From positions 1,857,260-1,921,259 of the forward strand of contig OZ243932.1 of the NCBI GenBank assembly GCA_965214035.1: a DNA stretch of 64,000 bases, in the 5' to 3' direction. The translations under genes were made by a program, and so were the position numbers. How positions within the stretch are numbered: position 1 is the first letter of the stretch; every line of letters starts with the position of its first letter. This document shows, piece by piece, positions 1-10,810 of the stretch. The stretch is from Gammaproteobacteria bacterium. Its GTDB lineage: Bacteria; Pseudomonadota; Gammaproteobacteria; JAJDYQ01. A model generated the notes under the pieces. That model made no database searches, was not told the origin of the DNA, and saw only the letters and a program-made list of their open reading frames with translations.

Positions 1-2
1 GG

Positions 3-182
3 AATCATAATTTAAAAACAATCATTAAAAATGAAGGCGTCTCCTATGCTGAAGAAAATTTCAAGCTATCATTACTCGAATATCGACCAATGAAAACAGG
101 CGACAACGAAATTATAAATCGTGAAAAATACTGGAAAGAGGTTCTACTTTCTCAAGGCTGCTATGGTTACAACATAAATTGA
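3..182 (+). CDS. C-terminal fragment of a possible GIY-YIG-like nuclease (5' partial at window edge)
   Basis: Open frame from window start ending TGA at 180-182; tail ...REKYWKEVLLSQGCYGYNIN resembles GIY-YIG C-terminal motif; weak. Confidence 0.25.
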   Translation, partial: NHNLKTIIKNEGVSYAEENFKLSLLEYRPMKTGDNEIINREKYWKEVLLSQGCYGYNIN

Positions 183-580
183 AGTGGTTTCAAGTGGCGA
201 AGAGTATTCAAAATTTTGTACCAGAGAATTGCATATTATAGATCGACATATTCATCGGGTCTTCCTTAAAAATGGATAGCTAGCTGGGAAAGCGTGAGGT
301 TCCAGTTTTGTACTGGATGCGTCCACAGTCCCGAAATCTTAGGTGTGGCAATCCCCCTGTTTTCAGCTAAACTCAGGAGCATGGTTCAGCCCACTACAAC
401 CAGCGTACGTCAAACTCCTGTGCCTAGGCGATGAATTCAAACCGATCATGTATCATCCAAACACAGCGCAACGTTCGATTGTAACACTCAATTTAGATAG
501 TTGATGCACAATGCTATTTGCCCATAATCAAGGCTTTTTATCCCTCAACCATGAATAACCCGGAATAGCACAAAACAGAA

Positions 581-1210
581 ATGACAATCATTGATTTTGC
601 TTCACCAGAGTTTTCGCTGTTTTTTATAGCAGCCCTGGTTTTAGCTTTTACGCCTGGCGCCAGCATTACCTATGTTGTTGCCAGAACAGCGGCGGAAGGA
701 AAAGAGGCCGGCATAAACTCGGCTTTTGGAACAGCTACTGGCGGCCTGGTGCATGTGGTCGCGGCAGCTCTCGGCTTATCTGTAATTATCTCTGAATCGG
801 CATTCCTTTTTAGTGTCATCCGCTATGCTGGTGCCTGTTATCTCATCTACCTTGGCATACGTCTTTTTCTGGCTCATCAATCATTGAGAGTTTCAGAAAA
901 TCTACAACCTGCCGGAAAATTAAAATTATTCTGGCAGGGGTTTACGGTTGAGGCACTCAATGTAAAAACAGCGCTGTTTTTTCTGGCTTTTATCCCCCAA
1001 TTCGTTAATACCGAACACTCCGTCGTTCAGCAATTTATTATCTATGGTGTCATTTGTGTGGTGCTCAATGGGACTGCCGATTTAATAGCTGTCCTTGGCG
1101 CTCGTGTTTTATTAAACAAGCTAAACTCAGCAAGGTTTGTCAGCTTTACATCAGGTTCCGTACTGATTGGTCTCGGACTGTTTGTGGCAGTCAATGATGT
1201 GAAGCGCTAA
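581..1210 (+). CDS. LysE/RhtB family amino-acid exporter
   Basis: 209 aa, multiple TM helices, N-terminal LysE-type motif (FTPGASITYVV). Confidence 0.75.
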   Translation: MTIIDFASPEFSLFFIAALVLAFTPGASITYVVARTAAEGKEAGINSAFGTATGGLVHVVAAALGLSVIISESAFLFSVIRYAGACYLIYLGIRLFLAHQSLRVSENLQPAGKLKLFWQGFTVEALNVKTALFFLAFIPQFVNTEHSVVQQFIIYGVICVVLNGTADLIAVLGARVLLNKLNSARFVSFTSGSVLIGLGLFVAVNDVKR

Positions 1211-1465
1211 CAAACGCATTCACAGGATTCACTTCCTTCAATCGCCCCTTGTGAAGAAATGGCTAAATATAATGACATACTTGTTGAGGAGGCACCAAAG
1301 ATACAGGGAGAAGCACCAGAGCATGTCAAGAAGTTAAAAGCAGCTAACAAGGTGCTGTCACCAGGTATAAACTCCATTGCTCTCCACTGCTTATAGTGAT
1401 CTGACCATTAGGATTAAGGCAATACCATTAATTTTTTATTTTGAGCCGCACGCTGGAAATATATT

Positions 1466-2023
1466 ATGAATGAACAAGTTCTTCCGGATAATTTACCCAT
1501 ACCAGAGGACGATGGTGCCTGTGATCATCTTGAAGGAATGTGCCTTCCCTCGCTTTCGCTTGAGACAACCGAGGGTCCTGTTGTTCTGGCAAAACTGTCA
1601 GGGACAACCGTAGTTTACATCTATCCCAGATCCTCAGTCGATAGCGTTGACCCGGAGGGTTGGGATGCCATTCCAGGAGCACGGGGCTGTTCCCCCCAGG
1701 GTTGTGCTTTCCGCGATCACAAGTCCGAACTTTTAGCCCTTGGTGCCAGTGTATTTGGACTTGCCACCCAGGATATAACGTATCTGAAAAGCGAAGTGGC
1801 AAGGCTACATCTACCGTTTCCACTGATTAGTGACAGCGATCTCCAGCTCAAAGAGACATTAAATCTTCCACTACTGGAAATACAGATGAATGGCGTGAGT
1901 TTCTATAAACGTGCAACGCTCATCATTCGAGAAGGTCGCATTGTTAAGGTTTTTTACCCTGTATTTCCGCCTGATAAAAATGCTGAAAACGTCATTGCCT
2001 GGTTAGAGAAAAACCCGCCCTGA
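1466..2023 (+). CDS. redoxin/peroxiredoxin (AhpC-TSA family) thiol peroxidase
   Basis: 185 aa; thioredoxin-fold motifs, Cys pair GCSPQGC. Confidence 0.6.
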   Translation: MNEQVLPDNLPIPEDDGACDHLEGMCLPSLSLETTEGPVVLAKLSGTTVVYIYPRSSVDSVDPEGWDAIPGARGCSPQGCAFRDHKSELLALGASVFGLATQDITYLKSEVARLHLPFPLISDSDLQLKETLNLPLLEIQMNGVSFYKRATLIIREGRIVKVFYPVFPPDKNAENVIAWLEKNPP

Positions 2024-2247
2024 GCTCCTTGAGAGATGACCCGGCAGACTGTCTGGCAGCAGGTCATCAGGCCTCCAAACGCAATCAGCTTATCTCCATA
2101 ACCAGGAGAAATGTAAAAAATAAAATACGATGTAAGAGCGTCGGTTAAAGAAGGTATATTGTGCAGTTTATAGCGGATACATACTCAACATTGATGCCTC
2201 TTCATGGCCACAGCCCGATACCTATACCTCCCTGATAGGCCCGCAGG

Positions 2248-4161
2248 CTATTCAACGATAATGCGACCGGATTCTCCGGCATTGCTGAGTTCTGAAAGCA
2301 TTTTATTGAGGCGCTCAACAAAGGCATAGGGATCACCAAGCTCACCGCCTTCCGCCAATACTGCCTGTTCAAATAACAGGCGTATCCAGTCGGCAAAACG
2401 ATCATCATCTTTTTCGTTATTTAACCTTTTCACCAGAGCATGATCGACATTGATCTCAAGGGTCGGCTTACCTGAAGGCATATCATGACCGGCTGTCTTC
2501 AGTATCTTCTGCATGTGCATGCTCATATCATAGGCACCCTGAACAATGCAGGAAGGTGCATCGGTTAAACGGCTGGAAACCTTGACTTCATTAACATCAT
2601 CACCGAGCACTTCTTTCATGCGTTCCACCAGCCCTTTATGTTGCTCCTCAACTTTCTCCTGGGCCTGCTTTTCTTCTTTACCGGCAAGGTCGCCCAGATC
2701 AAGTTCTGTACTGGTGGCAGACTGGAAGTGCTTACCATCGAACTCGCTGATATGCGACATCATCCATTCATCAACACGTTCATACATCAGCAGCACCTCA
2801 ATACCCTTCTCACGAAATATACCCAGTGCCGGATTATTTTTCGCAGCATTGAAGTTTTCCGCTGCAACATAATAAATTTTATCTTGTTTTTCCTGCATAC
2901 GCTCGACGTATTCATCAAGCGTAACTGTCGGTACCGAGTTATCCTCATGGGTGGAACTGAATCGCAACAGCCTCAGAATTTGATCGCGATTCTTGAAATC
3001 TTCAACAGGCCCTTCTTTCAGGACATGGCCAAAATTTTTCCAGAACTCGGCATATTCCTGAGGTTTTTTCTTGGCCATCCTTTCCAGCATACCAAGAATT
3101 TTTTTAACCGAGGCGGCACGAATTGTGCCAATGAGTTTGTTACCTTGCAAAATTTCACGCGATACATTTAATGGCAGATCATCGGAATCAACAAGACCTC
3201 TGACAAAACGCAGCCATGTCGGCATCAAATGTTCAGCATCATCCATGATGAATACACGCTTGACATAGAGCTTGATGCCATGGCGTTTATCCCGCTCCAT
3301 CAGGTCAAAGGGAGCTCGTTTCGGAATATAAAACAGGCTGATATAGGATTGTTTACCCTCAACATGATTATGAATCCAATCCTGAGGATCTTCAAAATCA
3401 TGTGCGATATGCTTGTAAAACTCCTTGTATTCTTCCTTGCTGATGTCTTTTTTCTGCAAGGTCCAGAGTGCTGAGGCTTTGTTGACGGTTTGCCATTCGC
3501 CCTTGTTATCACCCTCGCTGGCCTTCATTTCAATTGGAAAGCCGATATGGTCCGAGTAGGTTTTTACGATGTTACGAATGCGAAACTCTTCCAGAAATTC
3601 CTTGGCGGCCTCTTTGTTCAAATGTAACGTGATTTCCGTGCCGCGTGTGTCTTTGGTGGTTTCTTCCAATGTGTAACTGCCCTGCCCATCTGATTCCCAG
3701 ATGACAGCCTGGTCAACCGATTCGCCTGCGGCACGACTGATAACTGTCACCTTATCTGCCACGATAAATGAAGAATAGAAACCCACGCCAAACTGACCGA
3801 TCATCTGTGAGTCTTTGGCCTGATCTCCGGTGAGGCTATGAAAAAATTCTTTTGTACCCGATTTGGCAATAGTCCCCAGATGTTCAATAATCTGCTCAGC
3901 GTTCATGCCAATACCGTTATCTGTAATCGTCAGTTTCTTTTTATTAAAATCAATACGAATTTTCAGATCAGGGTCGCCACCCAGCAAAGAATCATCGGAA
4001 AGAGCCTGAAAGCGCAGCTTGTCACAGGCATCCGAGGCGTTTGATATCAATTCCCGCAGAAAGATTTCCTGATTTGAATAAAGTGAGTGAACCATCAGCT
4101 TGAGCAGCTGGGTCACCTCAGCCTGAAATTCATGGGTCTTTTTTTCAGTAGTGGCGCTCAT
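2248..4161 (-). CDS. htpG: molecular chaperone HtpG (Hsp90)
   Basis: 637 aa; N-terminal ATPase motifs (LYSNQEIFLRELISNASDA, DNGIGM), full-length Hsp90 architecture. Confidence 0.95.
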   Translation of the reverse strand: MSATTEKKTHEFQAEVTQLLKLMVHSLYSNQEIFLRELISNASDACDKLRFQALSDDSLLGGDPDLKIRIDFNKKKLTITDNGIGMNAEQIIEHLGTIAKSGTKEFFHSLTGDQAKDSQMIGQFGVGFYSSFIVADKVTVISRAAGESVDQAVIWESDGQGSYTLEETTKDTRGTEITLHLNKEAAKEFLEEFRIRNIVKTYSDHIGFPIEMKASEGDNKGEWQTVNKASALWTLQKKDISKEEYKEFYKHIAHDFEDPQDWIHNHVEGKQSYISLFYIPKRAPFDLMERDKRHGIKLYVKRVFIMDDAEHLMPTWLRFVRGLVDSDDLPLNVSREILQGNKLIGTIRAASVKKILGMLERMAKKKPQEYAEFWKNFGHVLKEGPVEDFKNRDQILRLLRFSSTHEDNSVPTVTLDEYVERMQEKQDKIYYVAAENFNAAKNNPALGIFREKGIEVLLMYERVDEWMMSHISEFDGKHFQSATSTELDLGDLAGKEEKQAQEKVEEQHKGLVERMKEVLGDDVNEVKVSSRLTDAPSCIVQGAYDMSMHMQKILKTAGHDMPSGKPTLEINVDHALVKRLNNEKDDDRFADWIRLLFEQAVLAEGGELGDPYAFVERLNKMLSELSNAGESGRIIVE

Positions 4162-4225
4162 TTATCATCCTTCAATCCGTTCGTGAAAAAATATGGGCGC
4201 ATATATGGGAATATACTTGGGCTTT

Positions 4226-4699
4226 TCAAGAGATGCGGGCATTTTCATGCGTGAGCAACCAGCGTTTTCGGCGCAGTGCTTCGCCTTGCGTGTGTCCAGC
4301 GTACCCACCGAGACCTGAGGTGGATACAACACGATGGCAGGGGATAATGAGGATAAGCGGATTCCAGCGGCAGGCATTGCCTACCGCTCTGGCACCTGTA
4401 TTCAAATGAGCTGCCAACTCCCCATAACGCTGAGTCTCACCTGCCTTGATTTCACGTAATGCATCCCAGACAGCGCACTGAAAAGCAGTACCCTGTACAT
4501 TCAACGGCAAGTCAAAACGAAAGGCAGGGTCTGTAAAATAAGCCCTTAGCTGACGAATAACTTCCCGTGACAGGGCATCCCGTGGTTTCCTTGGCGATAC
4601 AGCCTTGCGCAGAAAGTCCACACCGGTTAATTTTTCCTGTTTAACGACAATTCCAATGGTCGTAACAGGCGAACCAAAAATGGCCGAGTATTCAGTCAT
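4226..4699 (-). CDS. ogt: methylated-DNA-protein-cysteine methyltransferase
   Basis: 157 aa; active-site PCHRVV motif. Confidence 0.85.
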   Translation of the reverse strand: MTEYSAIFGSPVTTIGIVVKQEKLTGVDFLRKAVSPRKPRDALSREVIRQLRAYFTDPAFRFDLPLNVQGTAFQCAVWDALREIKAGETQRYGELAAHLNTGARAVGNACRWNPLILIIPCHRVVSTSGLGGYAGHTQGEALRRKRWLLTHENARIS

Positions 4700-4735
4700 A
4701 TGCCGACCAATAGTGACCGGTGCTCGCTGCTGCCA

Positions 4736-5098
4736 TCACTTGTTGGTCACTTTCTTCAGCTTTTCCTTAATTCGCGCCGCCTTGCCTGTACGCTGACGCA
4801 GATAATAGAGCTTGGCCCGGCGCACATCGCCGCGACGCTTGACCCTGATCGCTGCGATTGCGGGGCTATGTGCCTGAAACACACGCTCTACACCTTCGCC
4901 ATGAGAAATCTTGCGAACTGTAAATGATGTATTCAGTCCACGGTTTCTTTTGGCGATAACCACCCCCTCATAAGCCTGAAGACGTTCGCGGTCACCTTCC
5001 TTTACACGCACATCAACGACTACTGTATCACCCGGGCCAAAAGCGGGGATGTCAGACTTCATTTGCTCGGCTTCGAGCTGTTGGATAATGTTACTCAT
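4736..5098 (-). CDS. rplS: 50S ribosomal protein L19
   Basis: Conserved L19 sequence; likely start at MSNIIQQ (6 codons inside track ORF). Confidence 0.9.
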   Translation of the reverse strand: MSNIIQQLEAEQMKSDIPAFGPGDTVVVDVRVKEGDRERLQAYEGVVIAKRNRGLNTSFTVRKISHGEGVERVFQAHSPAIAAIRVKRRGDVRRAKLYYLRQRTGKAARIKEKLKKVTNK

Positions 5099-5130
5099 TG
5101 TTGCATACCGTTGCATCCATTAAAGCATGT

Positions 5131-5865
5131 TTAATTTTGCTCATGAATAAACTCATTCAAGAGCAATCGTTCTTCGCCTGTTAAGGGCCTGTTTTCCAAC
5201 AGATCCGGCCGGCGCAGCCAAGTTCTTCCCAGCGACTGTTTAAGGCGCCAGCGTTCGATATGTTGATGGTGACCACTCATCAGCACTTCGGGTGTCGCCA
5301 TCTCTCTCCAGATTTCTGGTCGGGTATAGTGAGGGCAATCCAGCAATCCACTCATAAAGGAGTCTCTCTGCGCGGACTGACCGTCACCCAACACCCCCGG
5401 AATCAGCCGGCTTATGCCATCAATTACGGCCATGGCGGCAATTTCGCCACCACTCAGCACAAAATCACCCAGCGACCACTCCTCATCGGCCTGACTTTCC
5501 AGAAAACGTTCATCGATACCTTCATATCTGCCGCACAGCAAAATCAGATCATCTTTCTGCTCACCGAGCAATGACTGGGTGATCGGCTTTCCCTGCGGCG
5601 ACAGATAGATTAACCGCAAATTTCCTCTATTCAGCCTGATCCGATTCAGCGTCCTGATCAACGGCTCCGCCATCATCACCATGCCGGGACCACCACCAAA
5701 AGGCCGATCATCGACAGTGCGATGAGCATTGACTGCATCATCACGCGGTGTCCAGCAATCAACGTTTACCAAACCCTTTTTTATTGCCCTGCCGATAATG
5801 CCATAGGAGCAGGCATCCCGAATCATTTCCGGAAACAGTGTTATGACATTAAAGCATCGAACCAC
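5131..5865 (-). CDS. trmD: tRNA (guanine37-N1)-methyltransferase
   Basis: 244 aa; TrmD SPOUT motifs; rpsP-rimM-trmD-rplS operon order. Confidence 0.9.
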   Translation of the reverse strand: MVRCFNVITLFPEMIRDACSYGIIGRAIKKGLVNVDCWTPRDDAVNAHRTVDDRPFGGGPGMVMMAEPLIRTLNRIRLNRGNLRLIYLSPQGKPITQSLLGEQKDDLILLCGRYEGIDERFLESQADEEWSLGDFVLSGGEIAAMAVIDGISRLIPGVLGDGQSAQRDSFMSGLLDCPHYTRPEIWREMATPEVLMSGHHQHIERWRLKQSLGRTWLRRPDLLENRPLTGEERLLLNEFIHEQN

Positions 5866-5880
5866 TGTTTATAACCAACT

Positions 5881-6399
5881 CTAAAAATCAGGATCCCAAT
5901 CAACAGTAATCATACCGTCATCCAGATTCACATGCCGCACTACCTGCTTCTGAACATACGGGATTAGCCTTTGTCGGTCACCTTCAACCACAAGCACATC
6001 ATTAGACCCTGTTTCAAACAGATGATCAACCACACCAAGCCGAATCCCGGCACAGGTGCATACAGTCAGGCCAATCAGGTCCGACCAGTAAAATTCATTT
6101 TCAGCGGTTTCAGGCAGTTGTTCTCTCAGTATCGTCACCTGCCAGCCAATCAGGTCAAGCGCCTGCTCCCGGGTTTCACAATCTTCCAGACTGATAACAA
6201 GCCCTTTACCGCACCTTTGTCGTCCTCTGGCCGGCTTTCTGATCTCCCAGCGATTGCCCGACCCCAACCACCAGGGCGTGTAGTTAAGTATGTTTTCAGG
6301 AGGTCTCGTATAGGAAAAGACCTTAAGCTGTCCACGAACCCCAAATACCCCGATTATCCTGCCGACTACTATCCGGCCCGCAGAGTCAGGTTCTGCCAT
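5881..6399 (-). CDS. rimM: 16S rRNA processing protein RimM
   Basis: 172 aa; position between rpsP and trmD; RimM PRC-barrel-like sequence. Confidence 0.85.
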   Translation of the reverse strand: MAEPDSAGRIVVGRIIGVFGVRGQLKVFSYTRPPENILNYTPWWLGSGNRWEIRKPARGRQRCGKGLVISLEDCETREQALDLIGWQVTILREQLPETAENEFYWSDLIGLTVCTCAGIRLGVVDHLFETGSNDVLVVEGDRQRLIPYVQKQVVRHVNLDDGMITVDWDPDF

Positions 6400-6406
6400 G
6401 GAAATG

Positions 6407-6661
6407 TCAGGCTGCAGGCATTTTAGCCTGCTTCTTCACCAGAGATGCCACACGGTCAGACAATTTTGCGCCACGGGATTTCCAATGGTCAATACGGTCC
6501 ATCTTCAGCTCCAGACGCTTATCCTGCCCGTTGGCAATCGGATTGAAAAAGCCCAGACGTTCAATATAACGACCATCGCGCTTATTGCGGTTATCCGTTA
6601 CCACCACATGATAAAAAGGACGCCGCTTGGCCCCACCGCGGGCCAGTCGTATCACTACCAT
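6407..6661 (-). CDS. rpsP: 30S ribosomal protein S16
   Basis: 84 aa; [18 protein letters not shown]-terminus typical of S16. Confidence 0.9.
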   Translation of the reverse strand: MVVIRLARGGAKRRPFYHVVVTDNRNKRDGRYIERLGFFNPIANGQDKRLELKMDRIDHWKSRGAKLSDRVASLVKKQAKMPAA

Positions 6662-7046
6662 TTCACGCTCTTCTAAAATTAGTATTCAAGGAAGCCCCGG
6701 ACGATCTCGGCCCGGGGCAGGAGGCACACTATACGGATTTAATCGGAAAAATAAAGCCCGAAATTACGCGATTCAAGACGGCAACAGACTTTCTCACAAC
6801 CGATCTGATCCGCACCCGCAATCTCATCATGGCACTTTCCAGTATCCAGGGCAAATCACGTGAAAAGCTTTTTTCGCCCCCTCGTCCAGGCTCGGTTAAA
6901 AAGGGAAAGCACCAAAATGGATGAGGGAAGACAACAAATAACATGACCACCCAGATGGAGTGATCCCACCTCAAACCCCTTGATAGCAACAAATATTCTA
7001 CTTTTACTCGCCCCTTCTGACAGGGAAGCTCATGGAAACTTTTGTC

Positions 7047-8162
7047 TCAATTCGCAAGCAGCGCAGTATAAACTGCGTTATATCCGGCTATCATTTTCCC
7101 GGCTGTAAATAATGTCTCGAACCGTTTGCGTGCCTGCTTTCCGAAGGCCTCGGCCAGCTCAGGTTCAGCGACGAGCCTGTTCATACAACAAGCAAGTGCG
7201 ACCGGGTCATCCGGTCGGCACACCAGCCCTGTTTCATTATCAATATTGACAAAACTGGTACCCGTACCAATTTCACAGGATATGAGAGGCAAGCCAAACA
7301 TGGCTCCCTCAATCAAAGTGACGCCAAAGGCCTCAGAACGCAAATGAGACGGGAAGACGACAGCGAATGCCTTATCGTAATACCGAAGTTTTTCCTCATG
7401 CGATAATCGCCCTGGGAAGCTGACATTTCGCAAACCAAGCTTTTCGACCTGGTCCTTAACTTCACGCTCAAGAGGTCCGCTACCGATCATGACGATATGG
7501 GCCGAAACATCACATGCGGCTTTAACCAGAACATGCAGGCCCTTGTAATATCGAAATTCACCGACAAAGAGAAAATAAGGCTGCTCTAGTGGCACCTCCC
7601 TTCTTCCATCTGTGCGCAAGGGTTTTAACCGATCCGGCGAATTTTGATCAGGCATACCGAGCGGCACGACATCCACTTTCTCCCTGAAGGTGTCCAGCAC
7701 CGGACTGGTTGCAAGATAGTTTGGTGAGGTCGCAACAAGACGATCCGCCTTCCTAAAAAAAAGCCTCATCAGCGGCCAGTAAAGAAAACGTAACCATTTC
7801 TGGTGAACGATATCGGAATGATAAGTCACCACAATCGGAGCATCACAGCCCGACAACAGTACACATAAATCCGCAAATGGATAGGGGAAATGGACATGGA
7901 CCACATCAGATTGGCGTGCCTTTCTAATCACCTCCATCAGAAATCCAACAGAAAAAGGATTTCGGCCGATAGAAAGCAACTGCTTTGCCATGGTGACCGT
8001 GTATCCGTTGAAACTGATCTGATTTGCCCGTTGCTCGGTAGTAGCAATAACCTCAACATCGTGCCCCAAGGCGGCCTGCCCCTGTGCCAGGCTATCAATG
8101 ACAGTTTCGATGCCACCACAATAATCAGGTGCCGCACGTTTGAAAATATGGAGAATCTTCAA
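7047..8162 (-). CDS. glycosyltransferase family 4 (GT1 fold)
   Basis: 371 aa; GT4 N- and C-domain pattern (E..G motif region FGLPLIS, EAMFGLP). Confidence 0.7.
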   Translation of the reverse strand: MKILHIFKRAAPDYCGGIETVIDSLAQGQAALGHDVEVIATTEQRANQISFNGYTVTMAKQLLSIGRNPFSVGFLMEVIRKARQSDVVHVHFPYPFADLCVLLSGCDAPIVVTYHSDIVHQKWLRFLYWPLMRLFFRKADRLVATSPNYLATSPVLDTFREKVDVVPLGMPDQNSPDRLKPLRTDGRREVPLEQPYFLFVGEFRYYKGLHVLVKAACDVSAHIVMIGSGPLEREVKDQVEKLGLRNVSFPGRLSHEEKLRYYDKAFAVVFPSHLRSEAFGVTLIEGAMFGLPLISCEIGTGTSFVNIDNETGLVCRPDDPVALACCMNRLVAEPELAEAFGKQARKRFETLFTAGKMIAGYNAVYTALLAN

Positions 8163-8400
8163 AATCTGTTGAACTATGATATAATACAGGCTTGGTACTG
8201 CCGATACCCAGAGTCATACCGGGATAGCCGGCTACATCGAAAAGACAATAACAAGCAAAACACTCTCATGGCTTGTTGCGCCCAACAACCCGTTCCCGGA
8301 TCTCTGGGTATAACATTGAAGCAAGGGACAGCAAGGCAATCATCAGCACCCTACATACCTGAATATCAAAACCAGCATCGACAATCCTGCCGCGACAAAA

Positions 8401-9489
8401 TCACCCTTGCCCGAACATTTTCATAATGCGGGAAACCATCTTGCTTACTGCCTCGTCATCATGCGCACAAACTGTTATATGCCCTGTCTTTCTGCCGGGT
8501 CGCGGCTGTTTCTGGTAGTGGTGATAATGGGCACCTGACAGCTTGAGCACATCAGGCAAAGCCGGATATTCACCTATGATATTACACATGGCGCAGGGCG
8601 CAAGCGCAGACGTATCGCCGAGCGGCAGATCGCATATCGCCCTCAGATGATTTTCAAACTGGCTGCATACCGCACCATCAATGGACCAGTGACCGGAGTT
8701 ATGGACACGCGGTGCAAACTCATTAGCCAGTAACTCTCCGTTATAATCAAAAAATTCGAGGCCGAGGACGCCCACATAATCCAGATCTTCCATTAGCCGA
8801 TGTGTATAGTCTTCCGCCTTGGCCTGCAGGGGGTCATTCCGGCGCACCACCGAAGCAATCAAAATACCATGATGGTGATGGTTTTCAGTAACAGGATAAA
8901 AGCGCACTTCCCCACCATGGCTGCGCACTGCAATCACGGAAATCTCTCGATCAAACTGCATCATGGCCTCAGCGATCAGATCGTTATTACCGAGCTCCAG
9001 CCAAGCGGCCCGAACATCTTCTACTGTATGGACACGCGCCTGCCCACGACCATCGTAACCCTGATAACGAGTCTTCACGATCAAGGGTGCCCGATTATCA
9101 TGCAGAGCATCCAGCAGTTCCTGTTCGCACCCGATGACATAATACTCCGGTACAGCGATACCCAATTTTTCCAGATATTGCTTTTCCGTGAGCCGGTCCT
9201 GCGCGGTCAATATGGACACAGCGGGTGGAGAAATACGCTCGGCGGGAATGGCATCCAGCGTAAACTGAGAGATGTTTTCATTCTCAAAAGTCACAATATC
9301 GACACTATCGACAAACCTCCCAAGGCGTTGGATATCATGAAACCCACCACAAACATGCTCTCCCAACACATTGGCACAACCGTCGGGATTAGGGCTGTAA
9401 AAGGCAAAATCCAGACCGAGTGGCCTACCGGCCAGAGCCAACATACGAGCCAGCTGACCATTGCCCAGAATACCGATTCTCATGGTCAC
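8401..9489 (-). CDS. purK: N5-carboxyaminoimidazole ribonucleotide synthase
   Basis: 362 aa; ATP-grasp; directly downstream of purE. Confidence 0.9.
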   Translation of the reverse strand: MTMRIGILGNGQLARMLALAGRPLGLDFAFYSPNPDGCANVLGEHVCGGFHDIQRLGRFVDSVDIVTFENENISQFTLDAIPAERISPPAVSILTAQDRLTEKQYLEKLGIAVPEYYVIGCEQELLDALHDNRAPLIVKTRYQGYDGRGQARVHTVEDVRAAWLELGNNDLIAEAMMQFDREISVIAVRSHGGEVRFYPVTENHHHHGILIASVVRRNDPLQAKAEDYTHRLMEDLDYVGVLGLEFFDYNGELLANEFAPRVHNSGHWSIDGAVCSQFENHLRAICDLPLGDTSALAPCAMCNIIGEYPALPDVLKLSGAHYHHYQKQPRPGRKTGHITVCAHDDEAVSKMVSRIMKMFGQG

Positions 9490-9494
9490 GCCGC

Positions 9495-9994
9495 TCAGGC
9501 AGAAGGATTCAAACGAGGGTCAGGATCGGCCAGAATCTTATCTGACTGCTGCCGACGGAACGCCATCAGGTTTTCACGAATATCTGGATATTTATTAGCC
9601 AACAGGGCAGTAGCCAACAAAGCGGCGTTACATGCCCCGGCCTGACCGATAGCCACACAACCCACCGGGATACCGGCCGGCATTTGCACGATAGATAGCA
9701 GCGAATCCAGGCCATTCAGGGCATCTGACTTAACAGGCACACCCAATACCGGCAGACAGGTCTTAGCGGCCACCATGCCAGGCAAATGAGCAGCACCGCC
9801 AGCGCCGGCAATAATAACTTCCAGACCACGATCAACAGCCGCAGCCGCATAATCAAACAGCTGATCAGGCGTGCGGTGAGCTGAAATTACCCTGATCTCG
9901 TGAGGAACATCCAGTAGCGACAGAATGTCCGCCGTGTGCTGCATGGTATCCCAGTCAGAGCGCGAACCCATGATAACACCTGCCAATGCCTTCA
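9495..9994 (-). CDS. purE: N5-CAIR mutase
   Basis: PurE motif GSRSDW; start chosen at [10 protein letters not shown] preceded by GGAGGA RBS (track ORF begins 23 codons upstream). Confidence 0.9.
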
Positions 9995-10222
9995 TACCGT
10001 TTCCTCCATGGCCTGAACTCGTATTTCGCGAACTAATCCCAGAAAAGCTTTGTATTATAACCACAACGATGGATCACGGCTATGCCCGACAAGACAGGTC
10101 AGCCGAACACTACGGTAATCAGCGGCAAAATACCTTGCCTCAACCATGCACACGGCGTATAAACGAACTTACCCACAGTTTGCCTGTCATTAGGGATAAT
10201 CCGATTCACATATATTAAAGCC

Positions 10223-10798
10223 ATGAACAACACAAAGACAATTTCCATAATAGGGGCAACTATTCTGATTGCAGCCCTGTTTACAGCCAGCCCAGCCATA
10301 GCGGAGGACGATACAGCCGCAGCAGCGGGCGCAACCTCGATCATGACCAGCCACAAAGACTACCAAAAGCCGACAGAAGCCGAACTGAGGAAAACCCTGA
10401 CACCGCTGCAATACGATGTCACACAAAACGAAGCCACCGAGCGACCCTACCAGAATGAGTACTGGGATAACAAAAAAGAAGGTATCTATGTCGATATCGT
10501 CTCCGGCGAACCCCTGTTTAGCTCAACCGACAAATACAAATCCGGTACCGGCTGGCCCAGCTTCACTCGCCCGATCAAGGAAAACGCTCTGACCACACAC
10601 GAAGACAGAAAGCTCTTTATGGTTCGCACAGAGCTGAAAAGTGCGATAGCTCAATCGCATCTGGGCCACGTATTCACAGATGGCCCCCGGCCGACCGGCC
10701 TGCGCTACTGCATCAACTCGGCATCTCTGCGCTTCGTACCCAAAGAAAACCTGATGAGTGAAGGGTATGCCGAATTTCTGGGCCTGTTTGAAAAATAG
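10223..10798 (+). CDS. msrB: peptide-methionine (R)-S-oxide reductase MsrB, secreted
   Basis: 191 aa; signal peptide; SelR motifs GTGWPSF and RYCINSA. Confidence 0.85.
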   Translation: MNNTKTISIIGATILIAALFTASPAIAEDDTAAAAGATSIMTSHKDYQKPTEAELRKTLTPLQYDVTQNEATERPYQNEYWDNKKEGIYVDIVSGEPLFSSTDKYKSGTGWPSFTRPIKENALTTHEDRKLFMVRTELKSAIAQSHLGHVFTDGPRPTGLRYCINSASLRFVPKENLMSEGYAEFLGLFEK

Positions 10799-10810
10799 GT
10801 GGCGGCTGGC

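Noticed and set aside
2546-3512. Several + strand ORFs (108, 177, 65, 81 aa) and one - strand ORF (70 aa) inside the htpG region
   Set aside because: Entirely antisense to or overlapping the well-conserved htpG coding sequence; low-complexity translations; no independent signals.
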